DNA of 64,000 nt from a virus. Shown piece after piece: positions 9,644 to 18,080 of the stretch. Where the stretch lies: positions 1 to 64,000 of IMG/VR virus record IMGVR_UViG_3300023210_000021; one strand, 5' to 3'. The position numbers were made by a program, and so were the translations under genes. The notes beneath the pieces are model-generated. The model saw only the letters and a program-made list of their open reading frames with translations. It was not told where the DNA came from and searched no databases. Numbering within the stretch: position 1 is the first letter of the stretch; every line of letters starts with the position of its first letter.

Positions 9644-10262
9644 CGTTTTCTAATTTTTCTTCTAATTTATTTTTAACTTTACGAAAATCCCAAGCTGGTG
9701 AAAGATCCGTTTTTTCTTTATAATAATTACTTCTATATGTAATTCCTTCATATAGCTCAATACTTTGTATCTGTGTATTGTGACCAACAATCTTCTTAGG
9801 AATGCCAAACTCTTTACATAAATACTCAATTAAGTCTAAAGTAGCTTTATATTGTTTAGGTGTGTATGGATCCCAATATGTATACCCTCGCCACCTTTTC
9901 TCTATTACCTTAGCTTTTCTCTTATAAATATTGCCAACCCAATCAATATACCTATCTTTCATTAAATCTTTCATTAACCAACCCTGATTCTCTAAGCTGA
10001 TCGAAATACTTTTTTTATCTACTGACTTATCCCCAATAAAATCAGAATAATATTTTGGGTTAAAGTGTTGGTATATTACGCCCTTTCTATCTATAGTAAA
10101 AGTACTTGTTTTTGTGTATTTACCACCTAACCTATGACACCAACCATTTACATGTTTCATGTCAGTTAACAATGTATTACCTAAAACAATTTGTTTTTTT
10201 TCAAACGATTTATCAAAATAGTTGTTTTTACCTAACCCATATGATTCTTTATCAATAACCAT
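9627..10262 (-). CDS. Amidase_2-fold protein with degenerate catalytic residues
   Basis: Aligns by eye with 2903..3784, but LHHT is LGNT and GIE is SIS. Confidence 0.65.
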   Translation of the reverse strand: MVIDKESYGLGKNNYFDKSFEKKQIVLGNTLLTDMKHVNGWCHRLGGKYTKTSTFTIDRKGVIYQHFNPKYYSDFIGDKSVDKKSISISLENQGWLMKDLMKDRYIDWVGNIYKRKAKVIEKRWRGYTYWDPYTPKQYKATLDLIEYLCKEFGIPKKIVGHNTQIQSIELYEGITYRSNYYKEKTDLSPAWDFRKVKNKLEEKLENDGVSR

Positions 10263-11158
10263 TATCTAATCCTATCAATACCCATTCTTTTATTGGGGGG
10301 TTTATTATCTACCACCACATTCTCTATTATTTGTGGGGTTTCTTTTACTAATTCTTCCTCAATAATAATATCTTGAGTGTCTATCGAATTTTCTTCTATT
10401 TCAGTTACAACTTCTTCGGTTATACTTTCTTCTTTATTATCTATTTCCTTTGTTGATATTCCTGGTGAAACGAATTGTGTTAAATCTACTTCTTTATCCT
10501 CATTTAATGATTCAATTAAATCACCTACCGTTTCGTGCCCCTCTTCTTCCATTAGATCTTCCACTATATCATTCATAACCATATCTAACGCATGATCCTC
10601 ATCAAACTCATCATCTACTACCTTTTCAACTACATCATGTAGTTGAGTGGGCTCATTATTAGGTATTTTTGTATCATCTACTACCTCATCTTCCTTCTCT
10701 TTTTCATAATTGACAAAGAAATGTAATGATGTTAATGAGATGAGTGGGAGTAAACCACCCTCTAGGAATGCTAAATATCGTTTTAAACCAATAATATCAC
10801 TTAATTCAGTACCCATCATTTCCCATATTGGTCCGGTTAGTTCTACCCAATTTCTAAATAATTCACCAGTTGCGTCTATCTGTACGTATGAATAGAATAT
10901 GTTACCAATCATCTGAATGAAGGTAACTAAACCAAACATAAACCATACACCACCTTTAATCTTATTAGTTGCAGCAACCAATGCTGACATCGCACCAATC
11001 TCTATCGCAATTGAAAGATATATCGCCCAACTAATAGGGTTAGACATATCATACCAAGTAACAACGTGAGAAATAGAGATAGTTGCAACTAATAGGATGG
11101 GGACTAAGAACATTGCCCTATTTGGATTATTAATAATCCAATTCCAAATACTTTTCAT
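10262..11158 (-). CDS. Multi-TM membrane protein with a long acidic tail
   Basis: About four hydrophobic helices in the first 150 aa, followed by an E/D-rich tail. Confidence 0.75.
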   Translation of the reverse strand: MKSIWNWIINNPNRAMFLVPILLVATISISHVVTWYDMSNPISWAIYLSIAIEIGAMSALVAATNKIKGGVWFMFGLVTFIQMIGNIFYSYVQIDATGELFRNWVELTGPIWEMMGTELSDIIGLKRYLAFLEGGLLPLISLTSLHFFVNYEKEKEDEVVDDTKIPNNEPTQLHDVVEKVVDDEFDEDHALDMVMNDIVEDLMEEEGHETVGDLIESLNEDKEVDLTQFVSPGISTKEIDNKEESITEEVVTEIEENSIDTQDIIIEEELVKETPQIIENVVVDNKPPNKRMGIDRIR

Positions 11159-11162
11159 AAAA

Positions 11163-11492
11163 TTATTTTTGTAATTTTTTTATATTGTCTTTTACAACCA
11201 TATGTAACTCCATTAATTGCTCTCCACGATTTTGTTTAGAAATGATGTAGTCATAACCCATATGTATATTTAATTTTTCTTCCCTTAAAAATTCAGGGAA
11301 ACTATCTATCTTATGTGTTTTCACTTTAACCACATTACTTAAACTATCATTTTCACTAACACATGCTATTTTAGATTTATTCAATTTTCTAATGTCTCCC
11401 GATTTCTGACAAGATCTGAAAAAGAAAATCACCATTAACCCCACTACAATATGGAATTTATATTTTTTTAAAAAATCAACAATTTTTTTCAT
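11163..11492 (-). CDS. Membrane-anchored or lipoprotein-like small protein
   Basis: FHIVVGLMVIFFFRSC N-terminal segment. TATTTATA at 11516-11523. Confidence 0.65.
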   Translation of the reverse strand: MKKIVDFLKKYKFHIVVGLMVIFFFRSCQKSGDIRKLNKSKIACVSENDSLSNVVKVKTHKIDSFPEFLREEKLNIHMGYDYIISKQNRGEQLMELHMVVKDNIKKLQK

Positions 11493-11563
11493 AATTTTAA
11501 GTTTTTTATCTTTACTATAAATATCTGAAATAAATAATAATACCCTATCAGAATAAAGTGTAT

Positions 11564-11589
11564 AAAAAAAGGGGTTAAAAACCCCCTTT
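11564..11589 (-). terminator. Intrinsic terminator after the sigma gene
   Basis: AAAGGGGTT/AACCCCCTTT inverted repeat with an A-run on the + strand. Confidence 0.7.
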
Positions 11590-11598
11590 ACATTTAAA

Positions 11599-12402
11599 TC
11601 ATATTAAATAATCAAATATACCACCTACATTGTGACGTATTTTCCTAATCGCACTTTCTTTAATTTGTCTAATCCTTTCTTTTGTAAGATCATATTCATC
11701 ACCAATCTGAGCCAATGTCATTGTTTCACCATGAATCCCAAAATAACAACTAACAATATTCTTCTCCCTATCAGATAACCCACACATCGCCCTTTCTAAT
11801 TGTATACCTAACGATTCATCCTCCGATAAAATTTCATCTGGACTATCAAACATATCATCTGAAATTAAATCAACTAACTCATCACCATCCTCATTAATGG
11901 GTGTAGATAGTGAGCTACAATAAGGTACTGAGATATACTCTACATCCATATCAGTAGCCTCTCTACCATTCTCCTTTTCAAACTCCTCAGTCTCTTTTCT
12001 TAACTTACTAAGCTTGTTAATCATATTGGCTGGTAATCTAACTGTCCTAGCATTTTCATTAAGACAATGTTTAATTGCTTGCTTAATCCAGTGAACAGCA
12101 TAAGAGATGAACCTGTACCCTTTGGTGTGGTCAAACTTATGTGCCGCAGTAATTAAACCATAATTACCTTCTGAGATTAAATCCGCCAGTGATACTCCTT
12201 GATTTTGGTATTGTTTAGCAATTCTAATAACAAACCTTAAATTAGCAGTAACTAACTCATTTAACGCCCTTTTATCACCATCTACAATTTTCTTAGCTAA
12301 TTCTAACTCTTTCTCTGGTGTTACCGTACTGCTCTTTCTAACATCTTTCAAATAGATAGATAAACCATCTTCTTTAGTATCAATAAATCTTTTGTTTCCC
12401 AT
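11599..12402 (-). CDS. Phage-encoded sigma70-family factor, short Bacteroidota RpoD/SigA-like
   Basis: Region 1.2 (LSIYLKDV), region 2 (ANLRFVIRIAKQYQNQG..DLISEGNYGL..RFISYAVHWIKQAI..RTVRLP), region 4 HTH (MTLAQIGDEYDLTKERIRQI). No region 1.1. Confidence 0.92.
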   Translation of the reverse strand: MGNKRFIDTKEDGLSIYLKDVRKSSTVTPEKELELAKKIVDGDKRALNELVTANLRFVIRIAKQYQNQGVSLADLISEGNYGLITAAHKFDHTKGYRFISYAVHWIKQAIKHCLNENARTVRLPANMINKLSKLRKETEEFEKENGREATDMDVEYISVPYCSSLSTPINEDGDELVDLISDDMFDSPDEILSEDESLGIQLERAMCGLSDREKNIVSCYFGIHGETMTLAQIGDEYDLTKERIRQIKESAIRKIRHNVGGIFDYLI

Positions 12403-12417
12403 AAATCTTTTTTCTTT

Positions 12418-12906
12418 TTATTTATTTTCTGAATATTTTTTTAATAATTTTTTCTCTTTATCTGTAATATTTTTAAACCCCACATCACTTATCCTATCTA
12501 GTATATCATTTAAGTCAGGATCTGGTTCTTCTGTTCTCACTATAAACTCTGCGTCATATACCTTTTTATTCATCATCCCAATAATAGATGATGCGGTGTC
12601 TGACAATTCACCGAATAACTTTGAGTTATCAATTGGTCCACCGAACAGTTTATTCTGTAAATTCTCATCTTTAATATGTGCAGAATAAAACCCTGGAGTC
12701 ATTTCAAAAATAACATATGATTTATTTTCTTCTTTTAATAAATCTTCAATCTCTGTTAACATAAACGCACTTGTAAATGTAGCAATAATTAAAGCGCTAC
12801 CAGATAAATACGATACTTCTGTCTCTGATATAACATCTAAAAGTTTAGTGACATCAGAAATATCACCTAACCCTATAATGCAATAACTCTTAATCATTGG
12901 TTCCAT
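12418..12906 (-). CDS. Hypothetical protein with a C-terminal 'ILDRIS..GF..IT..EKK.L' motif (DUF6576-like)
   Basis: DLNDILDRISDVGFKNITDKEKKLL. TATTTATA at 12919-12926. Confidence 0.65.
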   Translation of the reverse strand: MEPMIKSYCIIGLGDISDVTKLLDVISETEVSYLSGSALIIATFTSAFMLTEIEDLLKEENKSYVIFEMTPGFYSAHIKDENLQNKLFGGPIDNSKLFGELSDTASSIIGMMNKKVYDAEFIVRTEEPDPDLNDILDRISDVGFKNITDKEKKLLKKYSENK

Positions 12907-12959
12907 ATACTTTTTTATTATAAATATCTAATTTTATCAATTATTACTCAATTTAATCA

Positions 12960-15323
12960 CTATTTTAACATTAATGTTGATATATTATCCTTTTTAACAA
13001 CAGTGATAATTTTGTCTGCCCAATCCTGAGCTAAAGGGTTGTGTGTGATGAATAAAATAATATCATACATCGTTTTAATCTTATCAAAGAATGTTTTTAC
13101 ATAGTCTAGATTAACATCTGCCACCTTCCCTAACACCTCATCAAAGACAATAACATTTGGTTTTGGTAATGTTGATATCCTACCTAACACACACCTCAAC
13201 GCTAATGAAGCAATTGTCAATTCTAATCCTGACCCACTTTTTAATTTCTTTGCCACCCCACTCTTTAAAATTAAAAATTCTACTTCATTCTTATCGTTCA
13301 TACTCAACTCTACTTCAAAATCACAAACATCGTCTAATAACCTTTGTAATTCGTAGTTGATAACTGGTATAACTGACGTTAATACTAACTTAGAAATCCC
13401 ATTCTTACCTATCATCTTGTGGTAAATTTCAAATATTTTTAAAACCTCAGTTTCTTTATTAATAGTTTTAATTAGAGATTCATTCTCTACTATCTTTTCG
13501 TTTGCGGTTTTTATTAGATTACCACCACTTGTGATAAAGTTTTTAAACTCATCTCTTTCCAAATTAAGGTTAGTAAGTAATTGATTGTAACCTAAAACCT
13601 TACTATCTATACCTCTATTAGTTTCAATCCCTTTAAGGTTTCTTTTAAAATCTTTTAGTGTATTTTTCTTTTCTTTAATATCAACACGTAACCTATCCAT
13701 CTCAACCTCTAAACGATCTTTTATTAACCCTAATTTATCCTTATCATCAGACTTTTGTTTCGTCTCTACAAAGGTAGATACTTTTTTTATAATAGATTCT
13801 ATTTTTTCTTGTTCTTTTTCTAAATCTTTCTCTTTTTCGAAAACTTTTGTTTCAGTATTCTCTATTTGCTCAGTATGATCAACATCTTTAAGGTCTTGTT
13901 TACATAAACTACAAGTTTCACCATCCCTCATCTCTTTGATAAGTTTTTTATAGTCTTTAATATCTTTATTTAACCCACCGATAGATACTTTTAAATCCGT
14001 TTGATCATCGAGTATAGTATTGTAGTCATCTTCATCAAAATCAACCTCACCAATATCTTCAATTTTAGTTAATGTTTTTTCTAAACTTTCTTTTTTATTA
14101 ATACCATCTGTTAACAAATCTTCAATCTCACTTTGTAAGGTTTGTGGGTTAACATCCTCTATCTCATCTTCAATATCAATCTTCTGAGATAACAACTTTT
14201 CCTTTTTAGAATTGGCTATTTTAATCTCGGATTCTTTTAATGTTAATTCTTTTTTATAATTAACAACTAACCTATCACTTTCGATGATTTTTTCATTACA
14301 TTCCTCAATATCACCAGCAAGATCTTTTAAGTTATAAATGTTAGACTTCATCTTTGATTTAAAGTCAGCCATCATCTTCTTATTAATCTCTTCTTTCTTT
14401 TCTATTGGATCTAACCCAATGAATTTAGTAAGTAACCTACCCCTTTGTGTAGGCTTAGTTTCAACTAAATCTTCTAAATTTTTAGCGGTTGCAACAATAG
14501 TTGTCATAAAATCATCATATGAACCAATAGTTTCAGTTATGATGTTCTCAGTTTCTCTTCTTTGTTCACCCTCTAAATTTTCTTTATTACCATCAGCAAG
14601 TATCCTATAGAAATCTAAACCAGATGATACTACCCAACCACCCTTCTTTTTAGTTTTACGACTAATCGTTCTTTCGATTATATAATCACCACCATCAAGT
14701 GATATTAATCCCCCCACCTTAACTTCATTCTTATCTGTATATGTGTTAAAGTTTTCTATTGCAGTGTCCGTTTTAGTTGTCTTACCAAAGAAAAGGAATA
14801 AAAGTGCGTCAATACTAAATATAGTTTTACCACCTTGATTAGCTGGTTCCGATTGAACTAAGTTAAACCCTTTAAGTTTAGTATAATCCAAATCATTACC
14901 ACTACCATAAGCAAGAAAATTATCAATCCACAACTTTTTTAATTCCCATCTTCTATAACGGTAATCTTGTTCTTCTCCACCATCAAGTAATATCTCCTCA
15001 ATTTGATCGTCTAATTTACAAATACGGTTAAAGTCTACTTTTATACCATTACGTTTCAACCACTCAGAGAATAGCTTTCTTTGGTATTCTTTATTCATTA
15101 TGTTTTCAATCAAACCATCACTAATATCAATAATCTTACCTTCCTTATTCTTAATAATCGGAATGAAGTTTATTTTAATCGATGTCGGAGCAACACTATA
15201 CTTCTTTGAGAAGTATGACTTAACTCTATTAATAGATTCTATTGTTCTATTTTCAGGGTAATCTTCCCAATCAACCCTTATCTGTGCTTTTTCTGGTATT
15301 TCCACCTTTGTCAATGTTGCCAT
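12960..15323 (-). CDS. Rad50/SbcC (T4 gp46-like) ATPase with a ~120-aa N-terminal extension
   Basis: IDNFLAYG, Walker A NQGGKT, coiled coil with CSLC zinc hook, signature KSGSGLE, Walker B VIVFDE, H-loop ITH. Confidence 0.9.
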   Translation of the reverse strand: MATLTKVEIPEKAQIRVDWEDYPENRTIESINRVKSYFSKKYSVAPTSIKINFIPIIKNKEGKIIDISDGLIENIMNKEYQRKLFSEWLKRNGIKVDFNRICKLDDQIEEILLDGGEEQDYRYRRWELKKLWIDNFLAYGSGNDLDYTKLKGFNLVQSEPANQGGKTIFSIDALLFLFFGKTTKTDTAIENFNTYTDKNEVKVGGLISLDGGDYIIERTISRKTKKKGGWVVSSGLDFYRILADGNKENLEGEQRRETENIITETIGSYDDFMTTIVATAKNLEDLVETKPTQRGRLLTKFIGLDPIEKKEEINKKMMADFKSKMKSNIYNLKDLAGDIEECNEKIIESDRLVVNYKKELTLKESEIKIANSKKEKLLSQKIDIEDEIEDVNPQTLQSEIEDLLTDGINKKESLEKTLTKIEDIGEVDFDEDDYNTILDDQTDLKVSIGGLNKDIKDYKKLIKEMRDGETCSLCKQDLKDVDHTEQIENTETKVFEKEKDLEKEQEKIESIIKKVSTFVETKQKSDDKDKLGLIKDRLEVEMDRLRVDIKEKKNTLKDFKRNLKGIETNRGIDSKVLGYNQLLTNLNLERDEFKNFITSGGNLIKTANEKIVENESLIKTINKETEVLKIFEIYHKMIGKNGISKLVLTSVIPVINYELQRLLDDVCDFEVELSMNDKNEVEFLILKSGVAKKLKSGSGLELTIASLALRCVLGRISTLPKPNVIVFDEVLGKVADVNLDYVKTFFDKIKTMYDIILFITHNPLAQDWADKIITVVKKDNISTLMLK

Positions 15324-15324
15324 A

Positions 15325-16020
15325 TTATTTTTTTCTACTTATATTAGAGCCGCCGCCCCACAGACCACGACTTTCATCATCGTAGATATCGTTATTATCA
15401 TCTGAACCACCATTAAGATGGTTAAGAATACCATTCAATCTTTTAATTTCTTCTTTGGTTTTGTCGTGAGATTCTACCTCTTCTTCCCAAAAACCTTTAT
15501 ACTTTTCGTCTACAACTACGTCTACCTTTTCGTCTAATTCTTGTTTAAGCCCGTCTAACTCCTCACACATTTCATCATGTGTATTATGTAAAGTCTCAAT
15601 TATACCCTCTAACCTCTCTTTTTCATCATCATACCCCTTTATTGTATTGTTTAATGTTTCTTCAAGAATAGTTATTTCATCAGTCAGTTGGGTGACTTGT
15701 TCATCATCGGTAATATAAACTTTCTTCTCTACTGATACTTCCTTAATAACCTCGACTGGTACTTCTTTAATTACTTCCACTACTACTTCTACCCTCTTCT
15801 CAACAATTTTTTCAACAGGAACTTCCTTTATAATTTCCTTAATTACCTCTTTTTCGATAATTTCAGGTTCTGGTGTTTCACTACCAAATGGGGAGTTGCC
15901 ATATTTTTCAATATTGAACCCGTTACCCACCATTTTATTGGTGAATTCATCTATATTTGGAATCTCATTTAATCTACAATAATCCCATATTTCATCTTGT
16001 AACTTCTTAGGTATATCCAT
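15325..16020 (-). CDS. Protein with EK/EV-V-P-V repeats and a coiled coil
   Basis: EIIEKEVIKEIIKEVPVEKIVEKRVEVVVEVIKEVPVEVIKEVSVEKKVY. Confidence 0.75.
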   Translation of the reverse strand: MDIPKKLQDEIWDYCRLNEIPNIDEFTNKMVGNGFNIEKYGNSPFGSETPEPEIIEKEVIKEIIKEVPVEKIVEKRVEVVVEVIKEVPVEVIKEVSVEKKVYITDDEQVTQLTDEITILEETLNNTIKGYDDEKERLEGIIETLHNTHDEMCEELDGLKQELDEKVDVVVDEKYKGFWEEEVESHDKTKEEIKRLNGILNHLNGGSDDNNDIYDDESRGLWGGGSNISRKK

Positions 16021-16247
16021 TATAGATTCATTAATTTCTCTGATTCACTTTCTAAATCATCTAATGATTTGATTTTAAATACAAAATATCCGTAATCAAT
16101 TTCTAAGTTATGTTCGGTATAGGTTCTATCTTCCACATCCCATATAAGATACCCATGTTCATATAACTTCTCACCAAAGTCTTGTTGTATTAAGCTCGAA
16201 CTAAAAACTGCTGGTATTGTTTTTTTAATTTTTATTTTTTTCCCCAT
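16020..16247 (-). CDS. C-terminal fragment of the Mre11/SbcD (gp47-like) phosphoesterase
   Basis: AVFSSSLIQQDFGE..HGYLIWD is the YxGS..Q.xFGE..xG segment that normally follows the GHxH/GDIH motif. Confidence 0.75.
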   Translation of the reverse strand: MGKKIKIKKTIPAVFSSSLIQQDFGEKLYEHGYLIWDVEDRTYTEHNLEIDYGYFVFKIKSLDDLESESEKLMNL

Positions 16248-16332
16248 ATTCTTTTATTGTATTAAATAATTTATATTTAAAGTTTTTCTTCTTTATATCA
16301 TCACCCCAAAATCTAACAACCGTAAAAGTAGT
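16225..16332 (-). pseudogene. C-terminal relic of a Vsr/DUF559-type (EDxHD-like) endonuclease
   Basis: Hand translation after the TAA at 16333-16335 gives TTFTVVRFWGDDIKKKNFKYKLFNTIKEYGEKNKN*. VVRFW..DI is the C-terminal motif of Vsr/DUF559. Confidence 0.55.
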
Positions 16333-17019
16333 TTAATCATCAATTACCCAACCCATTTTTTCATACCTTTCTAACTCTTCTTCATCAATACTTTTAGTTT
16401 CTATATGGTTAAAATGATTCCTCAAATGAATATCACCCATTAAAACCATATCGCACCCATCAAATTGTTCTAAATCATTATGATCCTCAAACTCATACCC
16501 AATGGCAGTAATAGCACCATTAACAGGTGCGTGATATAACCCAACATAGGATTTATCATCACCATATTCTTTACGTGCACTTTCAATGTCAGGACGTTCA
16601 TTCTCCTCAAAAATAGAATAGACACACCAAACCACATTATCATCTTCATAACCCTTACTTTCTGTAAGGTATTTGACATTATCATTATTAATGGCATCAA
16701 TTATAGGTGAAATGCTATCCATCCTATCCTTATTGTTCTCCAATAAATCATGATTACCAGCAATAACAACCACAGGACAATGTTTCGAACATTCATTTAA
16801 GAACCAAGCAACTAACGAAAACAATTCATTAGATATGGTAATCTTCTGATGAACAATATCACCGGCAATTACAATTCTACATTCATCATGTTTTAATTTA
16901 TTTTTCTTTATAAATTCTTTTATTTCAGATACAAATTGTTCACACCCTTCTCTTGATTCTGCTAACCTTTTATACGTTCTAAAGTGTAAGTCAGCTATAT
17001 GGAAAAAATATTTTATCAT
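16333..17019 (-). CDS. Mre11/SbcD (gp47-like) metallophosphoesterase, N-terminal part
   Basis: ADLH, AGD, GNHD, YH and GDIH motifs; ends soon after motif V. Confidence 0.88.
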   Translation of the reverse strand: MIKYFFHIADLHFRTYKRLAESREGCEQFVSEIKEFIKKNKLKHDECRIVIAGDIVHQKITISNELFSLVAWFLNECSKHCPVVVIAGNHDLLENNKDRMDSISPIIDAINNDNVKYLTESKGYEDDNVVWCVYSIFEENERPDIESARKEYGDDKSYVGLYHAPVNGAITAIGYEFEDHNDLEQFDGCDMVLMGDIHLRNHFNHIETKSIDEEELERYEKMGWVIDD

Positions 17020-17035
17020 ACTATACTATTTTTAT

Positions 17036-17067
17036 TAAAGGTAATGATATTTAATTAGAAAAACAAA
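17036..17067 (-). promoter_or_regulatory. Bacteroidota sigmaA-like promoter (TTTG...TACCTTTA variant)
   Basis: Minus strand TTTG at 17067-17064 and TACCTTTA at 17043-17036. Confidence 0.45.
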
Positions 17068-17121
17068 TCTAATGAAAGACGAAATTGATGATGATTACGG
17101 GTGGTTTCCCGATCACTCATT

Positions 17122-18033
17122 CTAAGCAAACATTGCTTGGTTATCTAATTTAAATTGAAACATGTCGTCTACTAAATTTCCGTAGTCTTCACATTTTATG
17201 ATATCATAATTAGGATTCTCCTCGTTGAACCATACTAGGAATGAATCACCTAAACGTAAGTTAGTGTTTCGTTCAATAATCTTCTTATATACATTAAGTT
17301 GGATTGAGTAAGTTGTAAACTCACAAGCGTCTAACATATAAAGGATATGTAACATTTTACCACCAAATTTGTTCACCATATTAAGTTTGGTATTTGTTTT
17401 CCAATCCCATATCTGTAAACATTGTTCCTTAACATTCCAAAATAATTGATCCACCATACCAGTTAAATTTAGTTCTCTATCACCAACAACTAACTCTGAA
17501 CGAACAGGTATTAATTTACCACTAGCAACTGCGGTGTTATAGAAATTATGAAATTGTTTTTCCATAATTTTATATGTTTTAACAATCTCATCAAAAGAGA
17601 TACCCTCTGGGCTAACATCTGGATACGGAAAAACCCTATTAGTCATATAATTCTCAATATAATCATGAAGTGTGTTACCCTCAAAAGTTGCGTGATGGTT
17701 TAAGTATAACCATTCTTTCTGTATATCTGATTCTGTTACCCATTCACTCTCTGGTTTTGGTTTACCATAATCTGGTCTCCCGTAAGGGTCACCCTCCATC
17801 GGATAAAAATTCTTTTTATGTGCTGATTTGTCTGCCATACTTTTTGGTACAAATACGTGACCTTGTTTACGTGCCCACCTATCTTCCTTATGTATATTGG
17901 ATTCGAAACCCTCTTCAAATTTGTGAATAAACCCCGTACAAGATATTGTTGGGTTTTCATCCATATAATACTTATGGGGTTCATCGTGATAAACTATGTT
18001 GTTAAATTTTGATAATTCTAGTATTGTATCCAT
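17122..18033 (-). CDS. PD-(D/E)XK exonuclease (RecB/ExoVIII/Cas4-like fold)
   Basis: GNTLHDYIE, SE, LTGMVDQLF, IWDWKT, QLNVY. Confidence 0.85.
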   Translation of the reverse strand: MDTILELSKFNNIVYHDEPHKYYMDENPTISCTGFIHKFEEGFESNIHKEDRWARKQGHVFVPKSMADKSAHKKNFYPMEGDPYGRPDYGKPKPESEWVTESDIQKEWLYLNHHATFEGNTLHDYIENYMTNRVFPYPDVSPEGISFDEIVKTYKIMEKQFHNFYNTAVASGKLIPVRSELVVGDRELNLTGMVDQLFWNVKEQCLQIWDWKTNTKLNMVNKFGGKMLHILYMLDACEFTTYSIQLNVYKKIIERNTNLRLGDSFLVWFNEENPNYDIIKCEDYGNLVDDMFQFKLDNQAMFA

Positions 18034-18051
18034 ATATTGTGATATTTATTA

Positions 18052-18059
18052 CAAAGATA
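18052..18059 (-). promoter_or_regulatory. Bacteroidota sigmaA -7 element TATCTTTG
   Basis: Exact TAnnTTTG, 18 nt upstream of the ATG at 18033. Confidence 0.7.
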
Positions 18060-18062
18060 TAT

Positions 18063-18070
18063 TATTTATA
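18063..18070 (+). promoter_or_regulatory. TATTTATA putative late promoter for the + strand gene pair
   Basis: The motif flips strand together with the gene and lies 10 nt before the ATG at 18081. Confidence 0.7.
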
Positions 18071-18080
18071 TTAAACAACA

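Noticed and set aside
16248-16332. Group I intron or split intein rejoining Mre11
   Set aside because: The 85-nt gap is too short and AT-rich for a group I core, and there are no C/S...HN intein ends. Translational bypassing cannot be excluded without data.
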